Shown here: one piece after another, positions 1 to 8,071 of the stretch
Layout: each line of letters opens with the position of its first letter
Numbering within the stretch: the first letter of the stretch is position 1
DNA from: Clostridia bacterium
GTDB taxonomy: Bacteria; Bacillota; Clostridia; Oscillospirales; CAG-382
Length of the DNA: 25,552 nt
Reading direction: 5' to 3'
Assembly (NCBI GenBank): GCA_017646185.1
Contig: JAGCNA010000319.1
Span: 1 to 25,552 of the forward strand
Notes under the pieces: generated by a model
Told to the model about the DNA's origin: nothing
The model's database searches: none
Seen by the model: the letters and a program-made list of their open reading frames with translations, nothing else
Translations under genes and position numbers: made by a program

Positions 1-491
1 ACACGGGTAATATCACCCATCTTTGCAAGGAGCATTTCGCTTTTTTCATCAAGCACGTGGGCTCTTCCTCTCGAAATATCCTCAAGCATGTGGCGGTAGG
101 TTGCGAGTCCCTCATATTCCATATACTGCTTTAAGGTTTCTTCGGGGATCGCCAGAATCTCGGGCTCGATAAAGGAGCAAACGGTGCCCAGCTTTACAAG
201 CAGAGTCATTGCCTTTGCTTCCATCTCCTGCGCTTCGTTGTCGCCGTTGTCGGCGCTCTTGTAGAGCATTGCGTAGATGTAGGGAAGCTCTGCTGCCTGA
301 TTAGCCTTTGCAAGAAGGTCCATCGCATTTCTAAGGCTTTCCGCACTTTCGCCCAAAGTGCCTTTAAGTGCGGGAATCGTGTCCGCAATCTTATCCGCTT
401 CTGCCAGGGCTGCTTCCCAAGCCTTGTTATCGGCATAAATGTGGGTGAAATCCCAAGTAAATTCGGGGTTCATTTCTTTTCTGCTCTTCAT
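1..491 (-). CDS. pepF: Oligoendopeptidase F (M3B family), N-terminal part; runs off the left window edge
   Basis: Not in the ORF track because no stop lies in the window. Manual translation from ATG at 491 gives MKSRKEMNPEFTWDFTHIYADNKAWEAALAEADK...LPYIYAMLYKSADNGDNEAQ...SFIEPEILAIPEETLKQYMEYEGLATYRHMLEDISRGRAHVLDEKSEMLLAKM, open to the edge. This matches the PepF N-terminus (W-D-x-x-x-I-Y, FxxPEIL, RxHxL). RBS AAGGAG lies just upstream. The HExxH motif would be outside the window. Confidence 0.88.
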   Translation of the reverse strand, partial: MKSRKEMNPEFTWDFTHIYADNKAWEAALAEADKIADTIPALKGTLGESAESLRNAMDLLAKANQAAELPYIYAMLYKSADNGDNEAQEMEAKAMTLLVKLGTVCSFIEPEILAIPEETLKQYMEYEGLATYRHMLEDISRGRAHVLDEKSEMLLAKMGDITR

Positions 492-503
492 TTTTAACTC
501 CTT

Positions 504-1526
504 TTAGTTATATAAGAAATTGTCTTTTATAAAATGCTTGTCAAGATTATCCTGCCTGCGGTCAAATACGTTTCCGCAGTTATATTTTACTTTTGCCCGG
601 CAGAACGGTGAGTCGGTATATACCTCCTGCATAGGATAAAGCCCCCAGCCGCCGCCTCTGAAAATAATTTTGTCTGTGTCGATACCTGCGTTTTTCAAAG
701 CTTTTCTGTATTCACTGCAGGTTTTTAAAAATCCCTCGGGGTCAGTAAGCGCCCCCAGATATACGGAAAACACCATATCCTCGCATCTGTCGGTATTATC
801 GGGGTAGGTGATTGTCGCCCCGTTGGGATAACAGTTGATCCGTTCGGAAACTACGGTAAAGGATCCGTCGGGAAATGCTTTTCGTAAAATTCCCGCAACC
901 TTTGCTCTTTCTTCGTCCATAAGAAGATATTCAGTCTTTTTTGCGTATCCGTCAAACACTACTTTATCGCAGACAGTCAGCATTCCGTGTGCTTCGGCAT
1001 AGGCTTCGGAAACAATTTCTCTCTGCCATGTGCGGGTAAGAAAATCGTATTCCAATTTTCCGATTATCTCGTTTTCGCTGTTTGCGTAGGTGTTTTCAAT
1101 GTAATTATCGGAAACGTTTACTGCGTTGAAATATGTAACAAGATTTCCGCCGAACACGAGCTGCAGGGCTACCGCCGCACCGAGAGGAAATACAGCACAA
1201 AAACGCACTTTTTCCTTTTTAATAAGACTTATACCGCAATCACATAAAAATGCTGTAGCGCCGCATATAACTCCGTATATGATGATATTCGGCACCTCTG
1301 ACGCATATCCTGCGGAAATAAGCATTCCGCATACCGCAAAAAACGCTGTCTTAACGCCTCTTTTGGGGAACAGGAGTCCTGCGCATATTCCGCACAGAGG
1401 TAAAATGGGAAGGGCGGTAAGCACACCTGCGGAGGGCACTATGCACGCCGCACCGATAAACCCCAGCAATGCGCAAATTACGGGTCCTCCCAAGGTTTTG
1501 TAAAGCTTTTTCAGTTTATCTTTCAT
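504..1526 (-). CDS. Hypothetical membrane protein (about 4-5 N-terminal TM helices plus a ~210-aa soluble domain), possibly YfjL-like
   Basis: 340-aa ORF with hydrophobic segments in aa ~13-126. It overlaps the upstream gene by ATGA (1523-1526), and its stop abuts the pepF RBS. The GNLVTYFNAVNVSDNYIENTY segment only loosely recalls YfjL-like proteins. Confidence 0.8.
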   Translation of the reverse strand: MKDKLKKLYKTLGGPVICALLGFIGAACIVPSAGVLTALPILPLCGICAGLLFPKRGVKTAFFAVCGMLISAGYASEVPNIIIYGVICGATAFLCDCGISLIKKEKVRFCAVFPLGAAVALQLVFGGNLVTYFNAVNVSDNYIENTYANSENEIIGKLEYDFLTRTWQREIVSEAYAEAHGMLTVCDKVVFDGYAKKTEYLLMDEERAKVAGILRKAFPDGSFTVVSERINCYPNGATITYPDNTDRCEDMVFSVYLGALTDPEGFLKTCSEYRKALKNAGIDTDKIIFRGGGWGLYPMQEVYTDSPFCRAKVKYNCGNVFDRRQDNLDKHFIKDNFLYN

Positions 1527-1858
1527 CTTTTTCCTCCGCGGGGTATATTATATGGGTTTGTATATTCGATAAGCAATCGCATATCGTCGTCATTTTGTTT
1601 TCCGTTCACTCGCTCAAACCCGCATTTACGGCACTTGTGCTTTATAACGAATCCCCGTTTTGCTTCCGTGCGTACCTCTATCGGGTCCATAACGGCGCCG
1701 CATTCGCTGGCTCTGTCGCCGGGATTAACGTCCACGTGTCTGGAACATAAGCAAAAAGGACAATGATTGCGCGAAGAATATCCCAAAGGCGGAACTTCTT
1801 TTCCGCAGTTCAAGCAAATAAAGCCGCTGTCATTCTTTGCAAACAATGTGTTTTCCAT
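1523..1858 (-). CDS. RNHCP domain-containing protein (putative zinc-binding)
   Basis: 111 aa with CLNC...SSRNHCPFCLCSRHVD..PGDRASECG...HKCRKCG, containing the literal RNHCP signature. RBS GGAGG (complement of 1864-1868) lies 5 nt before the ATG. Confidence 0.92.
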   Translation of the reverse strand: MENTLFAKNDSGFICLNCGKEVPPLGYSSRNHCPFCLCSRHVDVNPGDRASECGAVMDPIEVRTEAKRGFVIKHKCRKCGFERVNGKQNDDDMRLLIEYTNPYNIPRGGKR

Positions 1859-1888
1859 CTAAACCTCCAATTTGTTTACAAAATACTG

Positions 1889-1917
1889 TTTACTTTTTCT
1901 TATCTTTCTATTATAAT
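1889..1917 (+). promoter_or_regulatory. SigmaA-type promoter for the DUF1385-prmC genes
   Basis: TTTACT (1889-1894), 17-nt spacer, TATAAT (1912-1917). RBS GGAG at 1943-1946, ATG at 1955. Confidence 0.7.
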
Positions 1918-1938
1918 AGCAAAATGTTAATATTTCAA
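1910..1938 (-). promoter_or_regulatory. SigmaA-type promoter for the RNHCP-membrane protein-pepF operon
   Basis: On the minus strand: TTGAAA (1938-1933), 17-nt spacer, TATAAT (1915-1910). Confidence 0.7.
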
Positions 1939-1954
1939 GACGGGAGTCAAAATA

Positions 1955-3016
1955 ATGTCAAATAAATCCCATAATATATCCTGCCGTTTGGGCAGAGTAG
2001 GCGGAAGCGCTCTTATGGAGGGCGTAATGATGAAAAGCGGTCCGGACGTGGCTATGGCTGTACGCCGTACCGATAACGGAAAAATCACCGTACGTAAAAA
2101 GAAATACAAGTCCATTAAAGAAAAGTGCGTGCTTTTAAGACTGCCCATCATAAGAGGCATAGTCAATTTCGTGGAAACTATGGTGCTTTCCATGGGAACC
2201 ATGACCGAAGCTACCGAGCTTTTGGGACTTGACGAAGCAGAGCCCGAAGGAAAGTTTGATAAATGGCTTACAGAGAAAATGGGCGATAAGATGATGCAGA
2301 TCGTGTCTGCTGTCTCCGTTGTGCTGGGCGTTGCACTTGCTCTGGTTCTTTTTATGTGGCTGCCTTCGTTTATAACCGACCTTATCTTCAACGTGGATGC
2401 GGATGAATTCAATTTCGCCGCCCGCTGTGTTGACGGCGGATTGAAGATACTTATCTTTATCGGTTATATCGGGTTCACATCGCTTATTCCCGATATAAAG
2501 CGTGTGTATATGTATCACGGCGCAGAGCACAAGAGTATTGCCTGCTATGAATCCGGCGATGAGCTTACCGTGGAAAACGTGCGCAAGCACACCCGTTTCC
2601 ATCCCCGTTGCGGCACTTCCTTTATGTTTTTGGTAATTATCGTTTCCATACTCGTAAACTCCCTGCTTCTGTGGGGCATAAGCGCTCTGTTTCCCATGGC
2701 ACCCGTAGGGGAGAGATGGTTTATCGTGCTTGCAAAGCTTATTGCTCTTCCTTTGGTTGTAGGTATAGATTACGAATACGTAATGTACGCCGGAAAGCAC
2801 GAAAACTTTTTCACAAAGATCTTTTCCGCACCCGGCTTGTGGATGCAGAGAATCACCACCCGTGAGCCTGAGGACGATATGATGGAAGTGGCTATTTGTT
2901 CCATTAAATCCGCACTTCCCGAAGAATTCCCCGAATTCGAAGTTCCCACCGAAGAAGCTTTAAACGCTTCCGAGGAAGCAGAAAATCAACCCGAAACCAC
3001 GGAGGAAACCGTATGA
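1955..3016 (+). CDS. DUF1385 / YqhQ-family membrane protein (predicted metal-dependent enzyme)
   Basis: GGSALMEGVMM N-terminus, P-I-I-R-G, YHGAEHK, H-P-R-C-G-T-S-F and GLWMQRITTREP are typical of DUF1385. It overlaps prmC by ATGA. Confidence 0.92.
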   Translation: MSNKSHNISCRLGRVGGSALMEGVMMKSGPDVAMAVRRTDNGKITVRKKKYKSIKEKCVLLRLPIIRGIVNFVETMVLSMGTMTEATELLGLDEAEPEGKFDKWLTEKMGDKMMQIVSAVSVVLGVALALVLFMWLPSFITDLIFNVDADEFNFAARCVDGGLKILIFIGYIGFTSLIPDIKRVYMYHGAEHKSIACYESGDELTVENVRKHTRFHPRCGTSFMFLVIIVSILVNSLLLWGISALFPMAPVGERWFIVLAKLIALPLVVGIDYEYVMYAGKHENFFTKIFSAPGLWMQRITTREPEDDMMEVAICSIKSALPEEFPEFEVPTEEALNASEEAENQPETTEETV

Positions 3017-3873
3017 ATATAGGCGAATACAGATACGAGCTTAAAAAAACTCTGACCGAAGGCTGCTCCGAAGACAGCGCAAGAGAGATAACGGAAATAA
3101 TAGATATTTTGCTTTGCCACCATCTTGATATACCCAGAAACCGTTTGTATCTTAAGCTGGAGGAAAACGTGCCCTCAACTCTGCCCGCAAATATGTCGGA
3201 CAGTCTGGGACAGATCGCCATGGGTGTGCCCGTTCAGTACGTTATGGGAAGCTGTTGGTTTTACGGCAGAGAGATAAAAGTCGGCCCCGGTGTGTTTATT
3301 CCCCGTGCAGATACGGAAATACTTGCACAAGCGGCAATCAAAGCTATTCCCAAGGACGGCTGCTTTGCGGATATCTGTTCGGGAAGCGGATGTATTTCCG
3401 CCGCTGTTGCTTCCGAAAGACCAGACGTGCGCGGTTTCGCTTTGGAGCTTTCAAGAAAAGCAATTCCTTATACAGAGGAAAACCTTAAAGATCTTCCCAA
3501 CGTAACCGTAAAGAGATTTGACGCTCTGGATACCGAAGATTACGAAGCGTTGGTAACCGCAAACGGAAAACAGTTTGATCTTGTTTTGAGCAATCCTCCC
3601 TACATACCTACAGACGATATTTCTTCTCTGGATGCAAACGTGCTTTCCGAGCCCGAGACTGCTCTTGACGGAGGCGAGGACGGACTGCGTTTTTACAGAG
3701 AGATAACCAGACATCTGCCCATTATTCTTTCTCCCGAAGGCGTAATTTGCTATGAGGTGGGTATCGGTCAGGCAGAGGATGTTTCCGCAATTCTTAAGGC
3801 GGCAGGCTTCTCTGTAGCCGTTCTGAGAGATCTCCACGGTATCGACCGTGTAGTTTTAGGAAAAAAGTCTTAA
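3013..3873 (+). CDS. prmC: Release factor glutamine methyltransferase PrmC/HemK
   Basis: PVQYVMG, GVFIPRADTE, SAM-binding DICSGSGCI, catalytic SNPPY, ALDGGEDGL, DLHGIDRVV. Confidence 0.95.
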   Translation: MNIGEYRYELKKTLTEGCSEDSAREITEIIDILLCHHLDIPRNRLYLKLEENVPSTLPANMSDSLGQIAMGVPVQYVMGSCWFYGREIKVGPGVFIPRADTEILAQAAIKAIPKDGCFADICSGSGCISAAVASERPDVRGFALELSRKAIPYTEENLKDLPNVTVKRFDALDTEDYEALVTANGKQFDLVLSNPPYIPTDDISSLDANVLSEPETALDGGEDGLRFYREITRHLPIILSPEGVICYEVGIGQAEDVSAILKAAGFSVAVLRDLHGIDRVVLGKKS

Positions 3874-3881
3874 TAAAAGTG

Positions 3882-3910
3882 TTGACAATAAAAAAAGAAT
3901 GTACTATTAT
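3882..3910 (+). promoter_or_regulatory. SigmaA-type promoter upstream of the TrmH-dprA-topA run
   Basis: TTGACA (3882-3887), 17-nt spacer, TATTAT (3905-3910), in the AT-rich gap after prmC. Confidence 0.75.
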
Positions 3911-3927
3911 TTATATTAATAATAGTA
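3902..3927. repeat. Perfect 10-bp inverted repeat (possible operator) over the -10 box and start site
   Basis: TACTATTATT (3902-3911), 6-nt spacer TATATT, AATAATAGTA (3918-3927). Confidence 0.6.
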
Positions 3928-3955
3928 TATTTTTTTGTTTTGGATAGGAGCGCAA

Positions 3956-4738
3956 ATGAAGGTCATAACCTCCAGAAACAATGAACGGATAAAAGATGTG
4001 GTTCGCCTGCGGGACCGTAAGGCGCGCACGGAAAGCGGTCTGTTTTTCATAGAGGGCATTCATCTCGCGGAAGAGTATATACGTCATTGCGGTTTTCCTC
4101 TTGAAGTTTATTTTACCGAGAAAGCGTATAACTCCTACAGAGATTTTTTTGCGTCTTTGCCCGAAGACATTCTGTGCTCTGTAAGCGACAGCGTTTTTGA
4201 AAAGATATCAACCGAATCTTCCCCCCAAGGGGTAATATGCGTTTGCAAAGCTTGTTCTTTTCCGCAATCACTTCCCGAAAAAGGTTCGTTTTTGTTTTTG
4301 GAATCCGTAAGAGATACGGGAAATCTGGGCACCATAATCCGTACCGCCGTTTCTTTGGGGGTGGAGGGGATCGTTCTCTCACCCGATTGTGCGGATATAT
4401 ATAATCCCAAGACGCTCCGCGCCTCCATGGGCGCGGTGTTTGCCGCAGATATATTTATGCCCGCCGAATTCTCTGCCGCAGTAACATCGGCAAAAAAATA
4501 CGGTAAGGTGTATGCAACTGCACTTTACGATAATTCCCTTGAGCTTGGCAAGTTTAAGGTTTGTAAAAACGATAGCTTTATTATCGGCAACGAGGGGCAG
4601 GGAATAACCGAAGAAATAAGAAGCCTTGCGGACAACACGGTTATCATTCCCATGACGGGAAAAACAGAAAGCTTAAATGCCGCCGCTGCCGCCGCTATCA
4701 TCATCTGGGAAATGACACGGAGTTATAATGGACGTTAG
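3956..4738 (+). CDS. TrmH/SpoU-family RNA 2'-O-methyltransferase
   Basis: ITSRNNERIK, FFIEG, SPQGVI, DTGNLGTIIRTA, RASMGA, IIGNEGQG, IPMTGKTESLNAAAAA. ATG at 3956 follows RBS AGGAG and is preferred to the track's TTG at 3935. Confidence 0.93.
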   Translation: MKVITSRNNERIKDVVRLRDRKARTESGLFFIEGIHLAEEYIRHCGFPLEVYFTEKAYNSYRDFFASLPEDILCSVSDSVFEKISTESSPQGVICVCKACSFPQSLPEKGSFLFLESVRDTGNLGTIIRTAVSLGVEGIVLSPDCADIYNPKTLRASMGAVFAADIFMPAEFSAAVTSAKKYGKVYATALYDNSLELGKFKVCKNDSFIIGNEGQGITEEIRSLADNTVIIPMTGKTESLNAAAAAAIIIWEMTRSYNGR

Positions 4739-5840
4739 ATTGTATTACATCTGGCTCCAGCGTGTGTGCGGAGCCGCCAACAGACTTACAGACCTGTTGT
4801 TTGATAAATTCCCCTCCGCTGCGGAAATATACGAATGCAGAGATTTTTCCTTTTTGCCCAAGGGCTATGCCCGTTACGAGAGCAGACTTTGCAATAAAGA
4901 TCTTTCCGAATCCTTTGAAATATATAAATCCTGCATAAACAGAGGGATACGGTTCGTTACTTATCACGACGAGGATTTTCCCGAAGCCTTGCGTAACATA
5001 CCCGATCCTCCCGTTATGCTGTTTTACTATGGGGATATTTCCCGTCTCAAAAACAAGCAATCGGTAGCAATGGTCGGCACCCGTACCTGCACAGAAGCGG
5101 GTATGGAATATGCCAAAACCTATGCAGAAAGCTTTTCAAAAGCGGGAGTTACCGTTATAAGCGGTCTTGCAAAGGGAATAGACAGTATCGCAAACAACGC
5201 CGCTTTGTTAAACGGCGGAGTTTCCGTGGGTGTTTTGGGCACCCCCATAGATAAAGTATACCCGCCCGAAAACGTGCGGCTGTTCCACGCTATGTATAAA
5301 AACGGCGTAGTTATAAGCGAGTATTCGCCGGGTGCGGACGTTGGCAGATTTTCATTCCCTGCACGTAACAGAATAATAAGCGCACTTTCCGATTGTACGC
5401 TGGTGGTTGAAGCCGCAGAAGGAAGCGGAGCGCTTATTACCGCAAAGCGAGCCATACAGCAGGGTAAGCCGGTATATTTTATAGCCGGCAGGGTTACCGC
5501 AATGTTAGAGGGTGCGGTTTCAGTTTCCTCTCCCGCAGAAGTGATGGAGCGTTTGCAGTTAAACGATCCCACGTTAAGGATTCCCACCACTGCGTATACC
5601 GTAACCAAAACTAAAAGCTACGGGCGTAAAATCACACAGCCCCGTGAGATAAAAAACAACGAAACGGATGAGCTGGGTCTGCTTAAGATTATAAGCGCAG
5701 GTCCCGTTACCGCTTCCGAACTTGCGGATAAAACCGGAGTTTCTATAGACAGAATTTACGAACTGCTTACCATGCTGGAGCTTGACGGCGCAATAATCTC
5801 CGCCGCAGGCGGCAGATACGTTAAAGCAGGTAAGCAATAA
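4728..5840 (+). CDS. dprA: DNA-processing protein DprA (Smf), divergent
   Basis: IPDPPVMLFYYG, VAMVGTR, VISGLAKGID, YPPEN, FPARNRIISALS, VVEAAEGSGALIT, plus a C-terminal winged helix (LTMLELDG). It sits in the usual position upstream of topA. Confidence 0.93.
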   Translation: MDVRLYYIWLQRVCGAANRLTDLLFDKFPSAAEIYECRDFSFLPKGYARYESRLCNKDLSESFEIYKSCINRGIRFVTYHDEDFPEALRNIPDPPVMLFYYGDISRLKNKQSVAMVGTRTCTEAGMEYAKTYAESFSKAGVTVISGLAKGIDSIANNAALLNGGVSVGVLGTPIDKVYPPENVRLFHAMYKNGVVISEYSPGADVGRFSFPARNRIISALSDCTLVVEAAEGSGALITAKRAIQQGKPVYFIAGRVTAMLEGAVSVSSPAEVMERLQLNDPTLRIPTTAYTVTKTKSYGRKITQPREIKNNETDELGLLKIISAGPVTASELADKTGVSIDRIYELLTMLELDGAIISAAGGRYVKAGKQ

Positions 5841-5849
5841 GGAGAATAT

Positions 5850-8071
5850 ATGAGCACACTTGTAATACTTGAGTCGCCTACAAAGGCGCATACTGTCAAA
5901 GGCTTTTTGGGAAAAGGCTATAAAGTAGTGGCTTCAAACGGCCACGTACGCGATCTTCCCAAAAGCAAACTCGGAATTGACGTAGAAAACAACTTTGCCC
6001 CCCAGTATATTAATATCAGAGGCAAGGGCGAGCTTATAAGCGATCTTAAAAAAGAAGCAAAGAACGCAGATAAAGTTTTGCTTGCAGCCGACCCTGACCG
6101 CGAAGGTGAGGCAATAAGCTGGCATCTTGCAGCAGTTTTGGGTATTCCCGAAGAAAAGATAAAACGTATCACCTTCAACTCCGTTACAAAGGCGGCTGTT
6201 AAAGAAGCTATAAAGAATCCCAGAAGCATAGATATGGCGTTGGTAAATTCCCAGCAGACCCGCCGCATACTCGACCGTCTTGTAGGTTATAAAATAAGTC
6301 CTTTTCTTTGGAGAAAGATCAAAAACGGTCTTTCTGCAGGAAGAGTTCAGTCTGTTGCAACAAGACTTATTGTTGAAAGAGAACGGGAAATACAGGCGTT
6401 TGTCCCCGAAGAATACTGGACAGTAACCGTTAAGCTTTCCAATGCGGAGGGGGATACCTTTACCGCAAAATATTTTGGCGATAAAAACGGCAAAAAAGAG
6501 CTGGGTAACGAAGCGGACGCTTACGGCGTTGTAAACTCCGTAAAGGATGCGGCGTTCACCGTGGCTTCCGTAAAGCGTTCCGTAAAACACCGCCGTCCTC
6601 AGCCTCCCTTTACCACAAGCACGCTCCAGCAGGAAGCCAACAGAAGATTATCCCTTCCCACCCAGCGCACAATGATGATCGCACAGGAGCTTTACGAAGG
6701 TATTAATATCGGCGAGCGAGGCACCCACGGTCTTATTACCTATATGCGTACCGACTCTCTGCGTGTTTCCGACGAGGCAAAGGCCGCTGCAAAGGAATAT
6801 ATCGTCGGTAAATACGGCGAAAAGTATTATCCTGCTGTTCCCAATACCTATAAGGTTAAAAAAGGCTCGCAGGATGCTCACGAAGCTATCCGTCCTTCCG
6901 ATCCCTCCCTTGCTCCCGATATGATCAAAAACCGTCTTACGGCGGATCAGTATAAGGTTTACAAGCTTATATACGATCGTTTTATTGCAAGCCAGATGAA
7001 GCCTGCGGAAATAGATACCGTTTCTGTGGATCTTGATGCTTCCGGAAACATTTTCCGCGCTACCGGCGCCACCGTAAGATTCCCCGGATATCTCGTTATC
7101 TGCGATGATTCGGACAGCGGTGATGACGAGATCGCAAAGGATAAGCTTCCTCTTCTCTGCGAAAACGAGGTATGTAATTGCTCCGGCATTCTTCCCGAAC
7201 AGCATTTTACAGCTCCTCCTTTCAGATACACCGAAGGTTCTCTCGTTAAGATGCTGGAGGAAAAGGGCATAGGCCGTCCCTCCACTATCGTAACCACCAT
7301 AACCACCATTATCTCCAGAGGATACGTTGTAAGAGAGGGAAAATCCCTCGTTCCCACAGAATTGGGATTTGTTACCACCGATCTTATGCTTAACGCATTT
7401 TCCGGAATTGTTGATTATAATTTCACAGCACAGATGGAAGAAGATCTGGATGAGATAGAATCCGGAAACAAGGATTATATAAAGGTGCTTGAAAGCTTTT
7501 ATAAAGATCTTGAAACCGAATTAAAATCCGCAGAAGCTATAATCGGCAAAGATAAAATCGCAGTGGAACCCGAAAAAACAGATATTATCTGTGAAAAATG
7601 CGGTTCTGTAATGGTGGTGCGCAACGGACGCTTCGGCAAATTTGCCGCTTGTCCCAATTACCCCAAGTGTAAAAATACCAAGCCTCTTGAGCCCGAAAAG
7701 AAGCCTTTGGAGGCAAAAGAGATAATAAGTGATGAAAAATGTCCCGCTTGCGGCGGCGAAATGGTATTGCGTAAGGGCAGATACGGAAGCTTCTTTGCTT
7801 GCCGTTCTTACCCAGAGTGCAAGACTACGCTTCCCGTCATCAAAGACAGCGGCGTGGTATGTCCCAATTGCGGAAAACGCATTGTGGTACGTCAGAGCAA
7901 AAAGAAGACCACGTATTACGTTTGCGAGGATGCATCCTGCGGATTTATTTCCTGGGATATTCCCAGACAAGAAAATGTCCCAAGTGCGGAGATATCGTTT
8001 TAAAGAAAAAGAACAGAGATCAGTATTATTGCCGCAGTAACTGTGGCTGGACAGAGGAAAATAAGAAATGA
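5850..8071 (+). CDS. topA: DNA topoisomerase I. The main frame ends at 8003; the fourth zinc ribbon continues in the -1 frame to 8071 (apparent 1-nt frameshift at ~7961-7975)
   Basis: Toprim ESPTKA, DPDREGEAI, SAGRVQS, active-site ITYMRTDS, EAHEAIRP, GIGRPST, and three in-frame Cys4 ribbons. After SWDIP the alternative frame reads QTRKCPKCGDIVLKKKNRDQYYCRSNCGWTEENKK* and overlaps the plsX start by ATGA. Confidence 0.95.

Noticed and set aside
206-436. 76-aa minus-strand ORF from the track
   Set aside because: It is an out-of-frame shadow inside pepF, whose true frame starts at 491 and runs off the window.
3935-3955. TTG start for the TrmH gene given by the track
   Set aside because: It has no RBS, whereas AGGAG is well placed before ATG 3956.
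5281-5289. TGTTCCACG resembling half a parS site (smc is nearby)
   Set aside because: The second half (TGAAACA-like) is missing, and the sequence lies in dprA codons.
7941-8010. Programmed -1 ribosomal frameshift in topA
   Set aside because: The slippery-looking TTTAAAG near 7999-8005 is in the wrong frame and lies after the CPKC codons. No suitable heptamer exists at the required position. Kept only as a minor alternative.
7799-8071. 90-aa ORF as an independent gene
   Set aside because: Only its last ~35 codons look protein-like, and they are the displaced TopA zinc ribbon. There is no RBS at the start.
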